Shown in pieces: positions 37,257-49,559 of a stretch of 64,000 bases of DNA (position 1 is its first letter; each line of letters starts with the position of its first letter). The position numbers and the translations under genes are program-made. The stretch spans positions 7,316,001 to 7,380,000 of the forward strand of contig OZ193909.1 in assembly GCA_964276515.1 (NCBI GenBank). Direction: 5' to 3'. Source of the stretch: Gordius albopunctatus (lineage: Eukaryota). The notes below the pieces were generated by a model. It searched no databases. It saw nothing but the letters and a program-made list of their open reading frames with translations, and was not told the origin of the DNA.

Positions 37257-38768
37257 CAGTGGCGTAGCTATCCTTTTTGCCTGGCTTAATTTTACATATG
37301 CAATATTGGCCGCATTTTCAGGCAGCATTTATATCAGGAAAACAATGAGAACATTTACAAGCCTTTTTTAAGGCTAGATCCATAAAAGGCGTAATTATAA
37401 CATAAAATCTAAAACGAAATTAATTATGAAATTAAAATTCGTTCGAGAATAAGTATTTAGAAGTTATTGCCCCTGATGATTACACCACCTAAAACTTAAA
37501 ATGAACTAATAAATTTAATGGCTAAATGAACTTTAAAAATATTCTGTCAAAATTAAAAGAATTAAAATTTTATTTAAAATAATTTTAGATGAAATTACAG
37601 ATGTGAGATGCACACAACAACTTAGCATTAATCTAATGTCACACCAAAGGAATGTTTTTAGAATTTTTATCCCTTTAAAGTTTTGATGCGATAATTATTG
37701 TCTACAAAATTCAGGAATTTTTTATTAATAATATTTATCTGATGGGATATCACTAATAAAGGGGAAAAAATGGTGTACAAACTATATTTTGGAAAATCAT
37801 TGGCTTTATATGTGCATGTGGTACATAAAAATATGCAAGATATGTTAAACAATAAGCGGACAAATAAATTGAATCCAGGATGGAATTTTCGTAAATTTAA
37901 TAATATTTTAATATATTTTGAAAGTTTTGAAACAAGTTTAAAAGCCCAGATAATTTTTTATTAAATATTAAAGCCTTTTACTCGATGTTGCAAACGAATA
38001 TATAATATCATCCGGGAGAATAACATTTATAAAGCCATGTTCCTCAATAAAACTAAGGAAGATAAGCTATCTTGTAATTTGTGGAACGAAGTTAATCCGT
38101 TTTAGCAATGAGAACGATCTTTCGCATAAACATGAAGTTATTGGGATAGTTAAAATTATTTTAATCAAAATAATAAAATTTGGATATACACTGTTTAGGG
38201 TAAAATTTTAATTAGTGAAAATATATCATAACATTTTATTTTATTCGAAGTTAAAGAATTATTGTATATTACATAATTTTTTGCCATTATTATTTCGGCA
38301 TCTTGCAGTTTTAATTCATAATGGTTAATTAAATCTGATAAAAGAGATTTATCGCAAAAAGGGGATGAAGAGTTTAAACTTTCTAAAGATTCAAAATCTT
38401 ACATTTATTTCTGCTATTATTCTATGGATGATAGGATAATGTAAATCAATTAATGAATTGGTAAATTTAAAATTGTATAAAGTGTCCTAATTTTTTGATT
38501 TTATACGTTTAGATGGTAATAATGAAATATCAATGTCGACTCAATAATTTTATAAAATTTGCATCCTTTATAGTCTTATACAGCATCTTTATTTGTAATA
38601 ATATAATTTAATGTTTCATTCAAAAACAAATAATTATGATCAACATATTGTTTCCTAATTAAAATAATATTAAAAAAATTGCTTAAGGGGCCCAAGATTT
38701 TTCGCTTGGGAGGGCCCATGGGGCCCTGTTTTTGCTCTGGGGGGGGGGGGCACCTAGCTACGCCACTG
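37257..38768 (+). mobile_element. Decayed hAT transposon with ZMYM1-like transposase remnants
   Basis: Perfect 14-bp TIRs CAGTGGCGTAGCTA / TAGCTACGCCACTG; 8-bp TSD CATGTGGT / CATGTTGT. Remnant peptides ILDEITDVRCTQQLSI (about 37582), ALYVHVVH (about 37803) and KIQNLTFISAIILW (about 38386) resemble hAT transposase motifs. Confidence 0.85.
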
Positions 38769-39496
38769 CATGTTGTGCATATTTAAATTTTAAAATATAG
38801 AGAATAAAGCCAGTTCTTAAATTCTCATCACCAACAAACTTTTGAAATCATGGGGGGGGGGGGGGGGTTCCTTTACTTTTTTATAGCCCACAATTTTGGG
38901 CTCTTTTTTAAATCAAGACAATTTGTTCTTAACTTTAATAATAATTGCATTTTACTTCCCAACCCTACTCCCCCAAGAAAGTTTTATGAGAGATAAGGTG
39001 TAAACAAACCTTAGGATTGCAAATATACATGCAATGCTTAAATAATGTTTAGCATAAAAATTGGTTTTTAAACTGAATTTTGCTTTAATTAAAATGGCAA
39101 TGAGGAATAAAATATAATTTTATAATTATAAACACAAATCAATTGTTAGAAATGTATAATTTGCAACATATTATTAAAAAATGGGCTTATAAATTAAATG
39201 AGATATTTAATTTACCCGTTGACTTGTCTTGCGTTTATAATATTCTGTATCATACGTAACATAGGAATCACACCACAATAATTTTTGAATTTAGATCAAA
39301 TAACGAATAAATAGAATAGAAAGTTCTTTTATATACTTATAAGCTATAGAAATATATTATGTGCTAATTTTATAACTTAATGCATCCACCAAATATTAGT
39401 TAGTCCAAGGTGTCCAGAAAAATTATTAGAACAGAAATTTGCATTAATGTTAAAGGTTGGAAATTTTCTAGAGACATATAGACCCAATCAATGGAG

Positions 39497-39798
39497 CAGT
39501 GGCTTAGGTAAGGGGGAGCATTGACAAGATCATATTTTTTTTCGAATTATATGGAAAAACTCACAATATTAAAAAATAAATTTTGTTAATGTTGCGCTAT
39601 TAGAAATAATTTATTTTAATTTGAGATTTATTTAGATATAAATCTCCAAATACTAAGGATACTTATACAAAGAATTCTCGTACTTAGTGAATGTTCAAAA
39701 TTGAAAAGATTTATTTTTTGAAATTTTACCCATATATCAAAATTTAAAGAATTTTGGGAGGCAGCCGCCTCTCCCTGCCTCCCCTTGCTACTCCCATG
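39497..39798. mobile_element. Degenerate non-autonomous hAT-type element
   Basis: Termini CAGTGGCTTAGG / CCTTGCTACTCCCATG; 3' end resembles the MITE family. Confidence 0.55.
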
Positions 39799-40600
39799 TA
39801 GAGATTACTTGTCTTTAAAAATTGCGAGGGCTAATACTATTCGAGAAGAGGATAATAATAAAATACAAATTATAAATACTATGAATGATAATTTTATAAA
39901 AGCGTTATGCACGCATCATTCATGCATGCTTTATTATAAAATTTATTTTCTTTAGAAACTGAGTGTCCTAATTATACAAATTTGATTGACGATCAATTGA
40001 AGTAAGAATTATTAATTAAATTGATTTTTTAAGTTAGATGATCATGACATAGCCAATTTTATTAGAGCAAATATAGTTGACATCGGCAAAATTAACGTAA
40101 AATTCCGGCCTGCGGAATGGCCTATAAACGTGCCAGGCATAGATGGGATTTTGTTATAAAAAATTATAAGCCAGGCAAGACGGGCTTTGAGGTAGCCAAA
40201 CGGGCTCGGGCCGGGCCTAGCTATAAATAGGTCTCTCCTGCCAGCAAAATTATTTAAATAATGCTTTTATTTTTGTATTTTAATGGATAAGAAATTATGT
40301 GTTTTTCATAACGTTTTTCAAATTATATAATTATTTAATTTTTATAATAATTAATATTAATTTTTCTTTATCATTTATTCATAGAACTTGTGAATTCCGA
40401 AAGCTTTAAGTTTTTAAATAAGGTTAAAAATTAACAAAACTAGGTTATTTTTATTAAATAAACCTTGCATAGAGTTTCAAAAACCTTTTATGTACTAGTG
40501 CTATAGCTACTAGTGAAATCGAAACGGCGGATTTTTTGCTGAAGTAATAAAAACCCATTTAACTCTGATGATTTTTTAACATTATTAAACTGGTAAAAAT

Positions 40601-40866
40601 TTATTAACGAAAATCGGCTAAGGTGGTATGGTCATATACTAAGGAGGGATACGGATGACGTAAATCGAAAAGTACTGGACATGGAGGTACCGGGGAAGAG
40701 AGGAAGGGGACGACCCCGTGTCACGTGGAAAGGGCAAGTCGATAAAGTTATGGAAACTAAAGAGATTAGTCAAGACATGGCGGCACTCACCCGGTCAAGA
40801 TGGAAGAAACTTATCAAAACAAACCCCACCAATGTGGGACCAAATAACTGATAAAGAAGAAGAAGA
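40601..40866 (+). mobile_element. Short 5'-truncated RTE family B copy
   Basis: Highly similar to 9881-10143 including the (GAA)n tail; flanked by a 15-bp direct repeat TAAACTGGTAAAAAT (40586-40600, 40899-40913). Confidence 0.93.
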
Positions 40867-41014
40867 TCCGGGAAATATGGTTTTGACTCGTAATCGTATA
40901 AACTGGTAAAAATAATGGACTTATAAAATCAACCGGCGAATTGTTTGCAGATTCTGGTAGGGTTTTTTAAGTTGAGCACAAAATATTTTTAGCATTAAAG
41001 AGTTTTTTCCCTAG

Positions 41015-41189
41015 TATAAAGTATCTGGTTTATTAGGTAATATATAAGAACCAAGTGACCATTGTAATTATAATAACACGTTTAAATAGACATTCGATTT
41101 GCAACCAATTAACAATCAATTAACATTGCGTTTCAATTCGAACGCTCGAGGTCATGACAATTAGGTAGATAGTATTTGCATACATTACA
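41015..41189 (-). repeat. 3' LTR of the gypsy element
   Basis: Direct repeat of 45023-45197; reads TG...TA on the minus strand. Confidence 0.97.
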
Positions 41190-41201
41190 TTACTCCCGCT
41201 T

Positions 41202-44200
41202 TTAAAGTTGCCCTCCATCGTATCGATCAGGTGGTTTGGATACCCTTTTGTGTTCTAGAATGTTTCGCTCGGACACCGCACCTTGGTCAACCGTTTTTCT
41301 TTCCCCTAACTGATCTCCGTGTTTCCTTCTTGTATTTCCGTCTATATTAACGTCATACGTAGTCGAACTTGTTCGAGCTTCTACAAGTCCTTCCCTCCAT
41401 CCCGGACTTGTGTCATTATGTACCCACACCTGCTGCTCGGGTTCGAGGAATCTTTCTTGGGTCCATCCGTTTTTATAGTACTTTTGTTTCCAGATCGATT
41501 CTTCAACCTTGTCGCGAGTCGTTCTTCTGAGCTGGTCTAGCGTCGTACAAATCATTCGATTGAACATCGCCTCAGCCGGGCTAATACCTATAGTCACGTT
41601 TTGACTACTACGCATGCTCATTAATACTTGTAGTAAATTTAACGAGTCATTTACCCCCGACTTTTTATTCGCATAGAACTTACTTTTAATAGTTCTAATA
41701 TATTTCTCGGCTAAACCATTAGTTTTGGGGTGGTAGGGCGGTCCCGTAAATTGAACTATGCCATTGTTTTTATAAAAAAATTTAAATTCCGTAGATTTAA
41801 ATTGTGGGCCATTGTCACTGACAATATATCTAGGTAACCCAAAACGTGCAAAAATTGTCCTTAAATTTTGAATAATTTTTGTTGAGTTTATCTCGCCTAA
41901 CACCATTACTTCGGGCCATTTTGTATAAGCATCAATGCAAACTAACCAATACTTCTTATTGATGGGTCCCGCTAAGTCTATGTGGACCTGTTCCCAAGGC
42001 TTGTTAGGAACGTTCCAAGCGTATAGGGGTACCTCTTTAATGTTTGGTCGTTCTTCTTGGCAATGTTTACAGGTATTAACGTATTTTTCTATGTCTACGT
42101 CAATATTATTCCAGTACACATAGTATCTCCCTAATGACTTCATAGCCACAATTCCCGGATGACCATCATGTAAAATTTTAGGAATATCTGGCCTTAATTT
42201 TTCCGAAATTATAAGTCGATCTTTATAAAATAAAAGATTATTTTCGAAAGAAATGTAATTTCTTAATTGCAGGTATTTTCGTACGTTATCGTTATTTGAA
42301 TAGCCTTGCCATCTATTTTTAAATTGCTCTATAACTTCTTTTAGTACATTATCTTTTATTGTTTCCTCTACAATATTTTTTCTATTCAAAATCAAATCAT
42401 CGATTAATTGTAATTTAATTCTTCGTATATCATTATCTATGTTTAAATTATGAGGTGAATCCTTTGGGCATAACCGAGAAAGTGCATCAGCACACTGATT
42501 AGATTTCCCTGGGATGTATTTTATATCATAATCATATTGAAGTAATTTAATTGCCCATCTTAGTAACCTATTATTGGTTATTTTACTAAGATCCCGGGTT
42601 GTCCCAAAAATATTTATAGGGTGGTGATCTGTCTGAATTGTGAATTTACGACCATAAATATACTGATGGAATTTATTTATCGCATAAATTACTGCCGATG
42701 CCTCTCTGTCGATGACGGAGTAATTTTTCTCGGCGGAATTTAGGGAACGAGAGGCGTAGGCAATAGGTTTTTCTTGGCCAGGGGAAAACTTATGCGCTAT
42801 AACTGCTCCTAAACCTAAATCTGACGCGTCGATTGAAATTATGATAGGCAATTCTTTTTGATAAGGCACTATAGTTTTTCTGTTTGAGATTGTAGTTTTA
42901 ACTTTTTCAAAAGTTAATTTTTCTAAGTCGCCCCATACCCATTTTGTATTTATGGAAGTTAATTTGTATAAAGGAGCGCAATTTATCTGAAGGTTGGGGA
43001 TAAAAGTTTCTAAATAGTTTACCAACCCAAGGAAAGAACGAAGTTTCTTTTTGTTTTCGGGTGTTTTAAAACTTTTAATCTTTAGAATCTTATCCTCACT
43101 CGCTGTTATGCCTTCACTATTAATTATATGTCCTAAGTATTTGACAGACTTTTTAAATAGTTGCATTTTTGTTTGAGATGTTGTTAACCCAACCGTTTGA
43201 AAGAGATTTAATACTGTTACTAATTTGTTTAAGTGATCCTTTTCGTTTTTACCGCTAATTATAGCATCGTCCATAAAGACGCTCACTCCGGGTATGTTAT
43301 TAACCAATTGTCTCATAAACCTATGAAAGATAATCGGCGCTGTTGTGAGCCCAAACGGTAATCTCTTATAACGAAAATATCCTATGTTTAAATATTTCCT
43401 TGATTTCTCATCAAGTTCAAGTTGTAAAAAGGCATCTTTGAGGTCAATGATAGAAAAAATTTTACCTCCAGCTATTCTTTCAGCCACGTCGCTGAAAGTT
43501 GGTAAAATATCCTGATCTTTAGCCAAGTGTTGATTTATGGTTAAACGAAAATCACCACATATACGCACCTGCCCTGTTTTCTTAACATTTACAGTTGGCG
43601 TAGCCCATTTAATTGGCGTTAAAGTAGGATTAATTTTTTCAATGATGTCTTCGTTAAGTAGCCGTTGGAGTTCATCTTCTACAGCTTTTTGTAGTGGAAA
43701 CGGTACTCTTCTCGCTGCAAACATTTTTGGCATCGCGTATCATTGATTTCGAGTGTCACTTTGAAATCTTTTACTTTTCCTAATTTTTCGGAAAAGACGT
43801 GGGGAAACTGTTTAATAATTGCATGTACATTTGAAGGTATTTCAATAATAGAGTTTATGCAAACCGACTTTGGTAGAGTTAAGTTAAATTTTGAGATAAA
43901 TGGCATACCAAATATTGCTGAACCTTTACCTTTGATGACATAAATATCTAAGTACTTTGTCACCCCACCAACGTCCACCTTCACTTTGGTTTTACCAAGT
44001 GTTGCAATAGCCGTTCTACCATAGCCGTATATCTTCGGAGCTTGGTAAGGTTTAGGCTTCCCGATTTGAGACCACGTTATTTCATCAATTACGCTACATG
44101 CCGCACCCGTGTCGAAGATCATTTCATAGGGCACATCGTTAATGCGTACGTTGATGTGGGCTTTGGTGTGATGATCGGAGTCGTGGTTGATGGCTGATAA

Positions 44201-44916
44201 CGTATTCGTCACCGTTCTACAATTTTTTGCTATATGGTTTGGTTTTCCACACCGATAACATTTAGGGGGTGGCTTTTTCCTAAATGTGCTAAATTTAGGA
44301 AAATTTACATCTTTATTGTTGAAGTTATTAAACGACTGCTTAACCTTGTTTACTTCAACAGCCCCGATGTTTCGTGTTCTACCGAATTTAACGCCAATGC
44401 TAGATTAACTGTTTCTTCGAAACTTATGTTACCTCTCGGATACTTAGCTCTTAACTTAATGTTAAGCCTTGGTAAGTTACATCCTAGGACAAATATGTCC
44501 TTTAATACCTCGTCTAGATTATTTTCAAATTTACAGTTTTTCCAAAGAAATTTCAACCGAATACTAAATTCAATAATAGTTTCGTTATTTCTACTTGCCT
44601 TATAAAATTGTTCTCTATGGTGATAAATAGAAAACTTATTGGCGAATATACTCCTAAGGGCTTTAATTATCTCATCGTAATTAGTTTCGTCTACTAATTT
44701 TTGATATAAAAAGTCTCTTATTTTTGTTAGATTGTTAAAACCTACGTAAGTGAGTAACAAAGTTTTTCGCCTTTCTCCCGTGATATCTCTCAACTTGAAT
44801 AAGAGCTCAATATTAAATAAATAGTCATCAATCGAATTACTTGGATTATACAGAATTGAATCCTTTAATTCCTTTGAGTAATCGCAAGAAAAATTCGTCT
44901 CCGGTTTGATGTCCAT
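41202..44916 (-). pseudogene. gag-pol polyprotein broken by two frameshifts (about 44365 and 43735)
   Basis: Gag, CCHC knuckle CYRCGKPNHIAKNC, protease FDTGA, RT RICGDFR / RLPFG / FMDD, RNase H DAS..NYS..DREA..ADALSR, integrase HHCC, HIDLAGP, SDNGPQF, NGLAE. Confidence 0.93.
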
Positions 44917-45022
44917 CTGAAAATAATATGGATAATAAATTATTTAAGTTGAACGGGGTAGTGAGCGTCTTCTACACGAGGTTGAGTTTAAGGTCCGGGG
45001 GTTTCTAAATCCTCGTCGCCAT

Positions 45023-45197
45023 TATAAAGTATCTGGTTTATTAGGTAACATATAAGAATCAAGTGACCATTGTAATTATAATAACACGTTTAAATAGACA
45101 TTCGATTTACAACCAATTAACAATCAATTAACATTGCGTTTCAATTCGAACGCTCGAGGTCATGACAATTAGGTAGATAGTATTTGCATACATTACA
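45023..45197 (-). repeat. 5' LTR of the gypsy element
   Basis: Followed after one nucleotide by the PBS (45021-45009 on the minus strand). Confidence 0.97.
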
Positions 45198-46278
45198 CCT
45201 AGCTCTATTAATTTTTCATATATATTCACAATTAACTTATCTCTATCTTTTTACATATTTTTTGACACATAATTAAACTCCAGCTCCACTCATCCCCCTT
45301 ATCAATTTTTTGAAAACCTCCAGACAGAAATAGCTTGCATGGCCAAAAACAAATTTTAAATTTAATTAAATGAAAAATACGATTTCCTAAATCCGGAACT
45401 CGTAATTTTGAATTTTAATAAAAATTAAACTCAAGCCCTGCTGGTGTATATGGAAACTTTGGCTGGTGACTTGTTTATTATGCGGTCCCTTAAGCAGGAA
45501 CAGGATTACCTAAGGGGGGGGGCAGGTGTTTAACAAAAATTTGTTTATTTTATCATAAATATTATCAAAGGCTTATCTATTGGCTGCATGCAAATTATAT
45601 TTGTTGTGTTTCAATTGCATGTTTGTCCCTAAGCGGTTAGATCATTACAATTACATGACGCAAATTCATCGTTGATTTCGCCTGCCCGGACACAATATTT
45701 AAGGAGAACAAATTATTGTGCTCAGTTAAATATTTAAATGCACAGTAAGTAATTTAATGTTGATTTATTTACTAGATGATTAATTCATTTTTTCTGTTCT
45801 TTATAACAATTTTGTTCATTATTTTTTTTGCTCAATAAATGAAATTTAATTTCTAAATAAAATAAGTATTGAAGCTAGTTTAGTACCAGCGATGTCAATC
45901 TTATAATTTTCGAATCTTAACCGCGAATAACAAATATTTTTTTAATTCTACTATCTTTAAAATTTTAGGGGGAAAGGGCAAAACAGTTTTTTGATGTAAT
46001 TTATCTAAAAGATTACTAGCACTTTACATAGTTGAAAGGAAAAATTAGAGGATTAAATTTAAAAAAATCAAGACACTTGGAAACCTTTTTGAAGAAAGAA
46101 AATATAAGTCACGCCTCCAATTTATATTTTAGCAAAACTATAAAACGGTTATAATTTTTTCATAAACACCTTTTTCAAAATGATTATATATATATATATA
46201 ATAAAACAATTAAATTATTATAGTTAAAATATTATGTATAAAATATAAGCGATATTCAGAATTATGAATTTAAATCAT

Positions 46279-46408
46279 TGAGCATTTTTAATTTAAAACT
46301 GAGCATATTAAAGTTAGTTTACTGAGCAATTTTGAATTTTTTACTGGGTACATTTAAAAAATACTGAGCGCATTTTACTAAGCATTTTGTATTTATTATT
46401 GAGCATTT
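46279..46408. repeat. Short array of about 7 degenerate ACTGAGCATTT motifs, mostly 19-23 bp apart
   Basis: Copies near 46279, 46298, 46321, 46343, 46363, 46377, 46398. Confidence 0.6.
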
Positions 46409-46428
46409 AAATAGATCATTTAAATAAT

Positions 46429-47399
46429 CTTGATGCACATCGACATTTAGACTGAATCACTTTGATGTTCGGACATCCAGTGGTATATCAAATGGATTCA
46501 GTCTAAATGTCGGTGTGGACCAAGGATTGGCCCTGAGTCCATTGCTCTTCATGACAATAATGGATTTGATAACGAAGAACCTGAAACGCGAATCACCTTG
46601 GGCAATGCTCTTTGCGGATGATATCGTCCTGTGCGCAGGCTCAAAGGTGGAATTAGCAGAGCAGGTAAAAGTGTGGATAGAACGAATTGAAAGCAAAGGC
46701 CTTAGGGTCAACCGAGATAAAACGGAATATGTATGCTTGGAGTCGGGGAATGAATAGAATTAAAATCAGCTGCAAATCGATGACTGGTGTTTAAGCAGCA
46801 GGAAAGAATTCAAATATCTTGGTTCTAGGATACAATGTGATGGAGGTGTGGAAAAAGAAATTAAGGCAAGAATAAACGCAGGCTGGCTAAAATTCAGGGA
46901 GTTGAGTGGTGTCCTATGTGACAAGCACATACCACTCAAATTGAAAGGACGGTTATATAACACCGTTATTGTACCCACGGTATTCTATGGAGCGGAAACC
47001 TGGGCAATTAGGGCAAAAGAGGAGCAAAGCTTGGCTACAATGGAGATGCGAATGTTAAGGTGGATCTTGGGAACAAGCAAAAAGGACCATGTAAGCAATC
47101 AAGACATAAGGGATGAACTAAATGTGGTTCCGATTCAGGGAAATTTGGTGGTAAGAAGATTGAGATGGTATGGCCATTTGGAGAGACGGGAGGAAAGTTA
47201 CTTGGCAAATCGTATCAAGAAAGTGCAAGTCGAAGGTAAGCGAAAGAGAGGGAGGCCTAAACTGACATGGAAGCATAAAATTGATATGGACTTGAGAAGG
47301 TAGGAGCTAAAGCGAAGCTGGTGTAAGTGCAGGAATACGTGGAAAAACCCACTTAAAGAAGCTGACCACTAAATGTGACAAACAGCTATAGGAAAAAAA
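46429..47399 (+). mobile_element. 5'-truncated RTE family A copy with an inverted duplication at its 5' end
   Basis: Highly similar to the reverse complement of 15478-16370 ([25 protein letters not shown]); 46429-46458 is an imperfect reverse complement of 46495-46523. Confidence 0.93.
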
Positions 47400-48839
47400 T
47401 TTAAATATGATTCCTGCCAAAAGTTTTATTACGCCAACTAAGAACGGTTCAAATCGTGACTTTTTTAAATAACTTTCTCATTAGAATTTAATTAAAATCT
47501 TGATTTTGTCCCTGCCAGCTGTATTTTATTCCTTCAACCCTTCATTTTCATTTTTAGATCTTTTATAAATATAAGGTTTCGATTTGATCTGAACTTTTAA
47601 TCAGTCAAAATTTATCAAAAACAACCCTGCAAATTTTTACACATTTAATTTTTTGAAATAACAATTTTACACTTGTTACAAAATTTAATTTATTTGAATT
47701 ATCCTTTAATGTTTTAGGTCCTATGTTACAAATTATGGGTACAAATTTTTCACGGTTTAAAATATAGGCAAAATAATGCGTATAAATTTTAATCGCAATT
47801 CAAATGTCCAAGTAAACTACTACCAAATACCTGCACGTTATACCATGGTTATACCACAACAACCGTTAATAATTTCAATGTAAGAAGATATACTTGCTAA
47901 AAAATGACTACATGAATCTAGATTTTTTAAGACAAGGGTATAATAATGAGTCAAGAATAAACTCAAACGTATGTCTTCTTTTTATATCATCAATTGTACA
48001 GAAAAAAAATGAGAACAAAAAAAATTGTTTAACGTTTTAAGAAATTTTTCTATAATTCGTTAATTTATCTTGCAAAATAAATTAATTTTAAGATCATTAT
48101 TTTGATATGCATCGAAATAAACAATTATGGTATTTTTCAATAGATTTAATTAATTCAGGTAAAGTCATCGACGAGAATTTTATTAAATCTTAATTTTAAG
48201 CTTCACCACCCTTTTATATCCATAATTTTATTAGTCAATCAAACATTGCACCTACATTGCCCAATATCAATGTCTAGCTTGGAATTTTTTAATTTATATG
48301 TACGATGTCCCGCACGAACACCAACTTGTCAACGCTAAACACCGTTACGTTTTACATGTATTCGAGCATGCATAAATGATATTGAATGTACACACATAAA
48401 ATTTTTTTAATGGTTTAACGCCTAATTTTGATTAATTATTACAAAATCCAATACAAACCCTCTCATAATTTATCAGCGAAGACTACTCTATGATGTTGGG
48501 AGTGCAGTGCATACCTTTTAGTGGTGTCGCTTGGTTGTGTGTCGAATGTCGAGGAGGCTGGCATAACAAATTAATAAATTCCTCTCGACCCCTTATACAA
48601 AATGAATGACAGATGTTAACTCCAATAATATACCTCTCAAAACATATAATAATAATAAGTTATGCGAAACACGAAACTTAAAGACCCTTGAAATAATTGG
48701 TCTGCAAAGGAAGAGTTAATTATTATCGGATAAATAAAAACTTAAAGAGTTATTTAAGCACTAACAAAAGATAATATTTTATAAATTTCAAAAATTTTTT
48801 ACAAATGTACATATCAGAGCTGAGATTTCCTATATACTT

Positions 48840-49559
48840 CTGCTCGTATCCTGCCTAGCCCAATTCCTGAATTGAAACGTCCGTCCGAACCCTATTGAAT
48901 ATTCGCCCGGCCATCCCGAATTATTAATTAAAGCTTCCCCACCTTACCCGTTAGGCCCAATTTACTAGGGCCCCATATTAATTAAGACAAATATTTAAAT
49001 ATAAGCATCAAGTTAATATATGTAGGTAGGATGATACGAAGGTAGACGTATGCTGATTTTCCTATTTGTTTAATAAAAAAATTCAAGGTTATAAAAAATA
49101 CTTACGGAACAAAAAAAATTTAGAAGGGATTTTAAAATCGCTTAAGAGATTTCCAAGGTTTTAATAACTAAATTTTGAATTTCATCTTTAAATCCGTTTA
49201 CTCTAGAAAATGTATTAACTAAAAATTATATAGTGAAAACTCTTATCGACCAATTTAAGAAATTGATTTTTGACTTTTTTCATATTTTGATAAGAACTAA
49301 CTAACATGTATAACATAAAAAATGATTATATTTAACTTAGATTAAATCTAAAAAAACTAAAATACATATGAAAAGGGCCCGGTCGGATTGCCCGAAATCT
49401 AAATTTCAAGAGGTTTGCCCCGTCCGGGCCCGCAAGTGGGTCAAACAGGCAACGGGCTATCCTTCGGCACATGCATTTTATAGCTATTAAAGGGTCAGAA
49501 TTTTCCCTTAAGGGGGGGGGGGGGTCTTGGCCCCCTTGTCTCCCCTAGCTACGCCCCTG
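48840..49559 (-). mobile_element. Partial non-autonomous hAT-type element with GCCCG-rich clusters
   Basis: End TAGCTACGCCCCTG; the reverse complement of the last about 75 bp aligns with the start of 51257-52202; left boundary uncertain. Confidence 0.6.

Larger units (their letters stand above)
41015..45197 (-). mobile_element. Full-length Ty3/gypsy LTR retrotransposon (Mag-like), 4183 bp
   Basis: 175-bp LTRs (41015-41189, 45023-45197) with 3 substitutions; 5-bp TSD CCTAG; PBS TGGCGACGAGGAT complementary to the tRNA-Ser(GCU) 3' end; PPT AAAAGCGGGAG before the 3' LTR; domain order gag-PR-RT-RH-IN. Confidence 0.97.

Noticed and set aside
43730..44370. Programmed ribosomal frameshifting in the gypsy element
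   Set aside because: The breaks fall inside gag before the zinc knuckle and between protease and RT, with no obvious slippery heptamer; more likely mutations or assembly errors.
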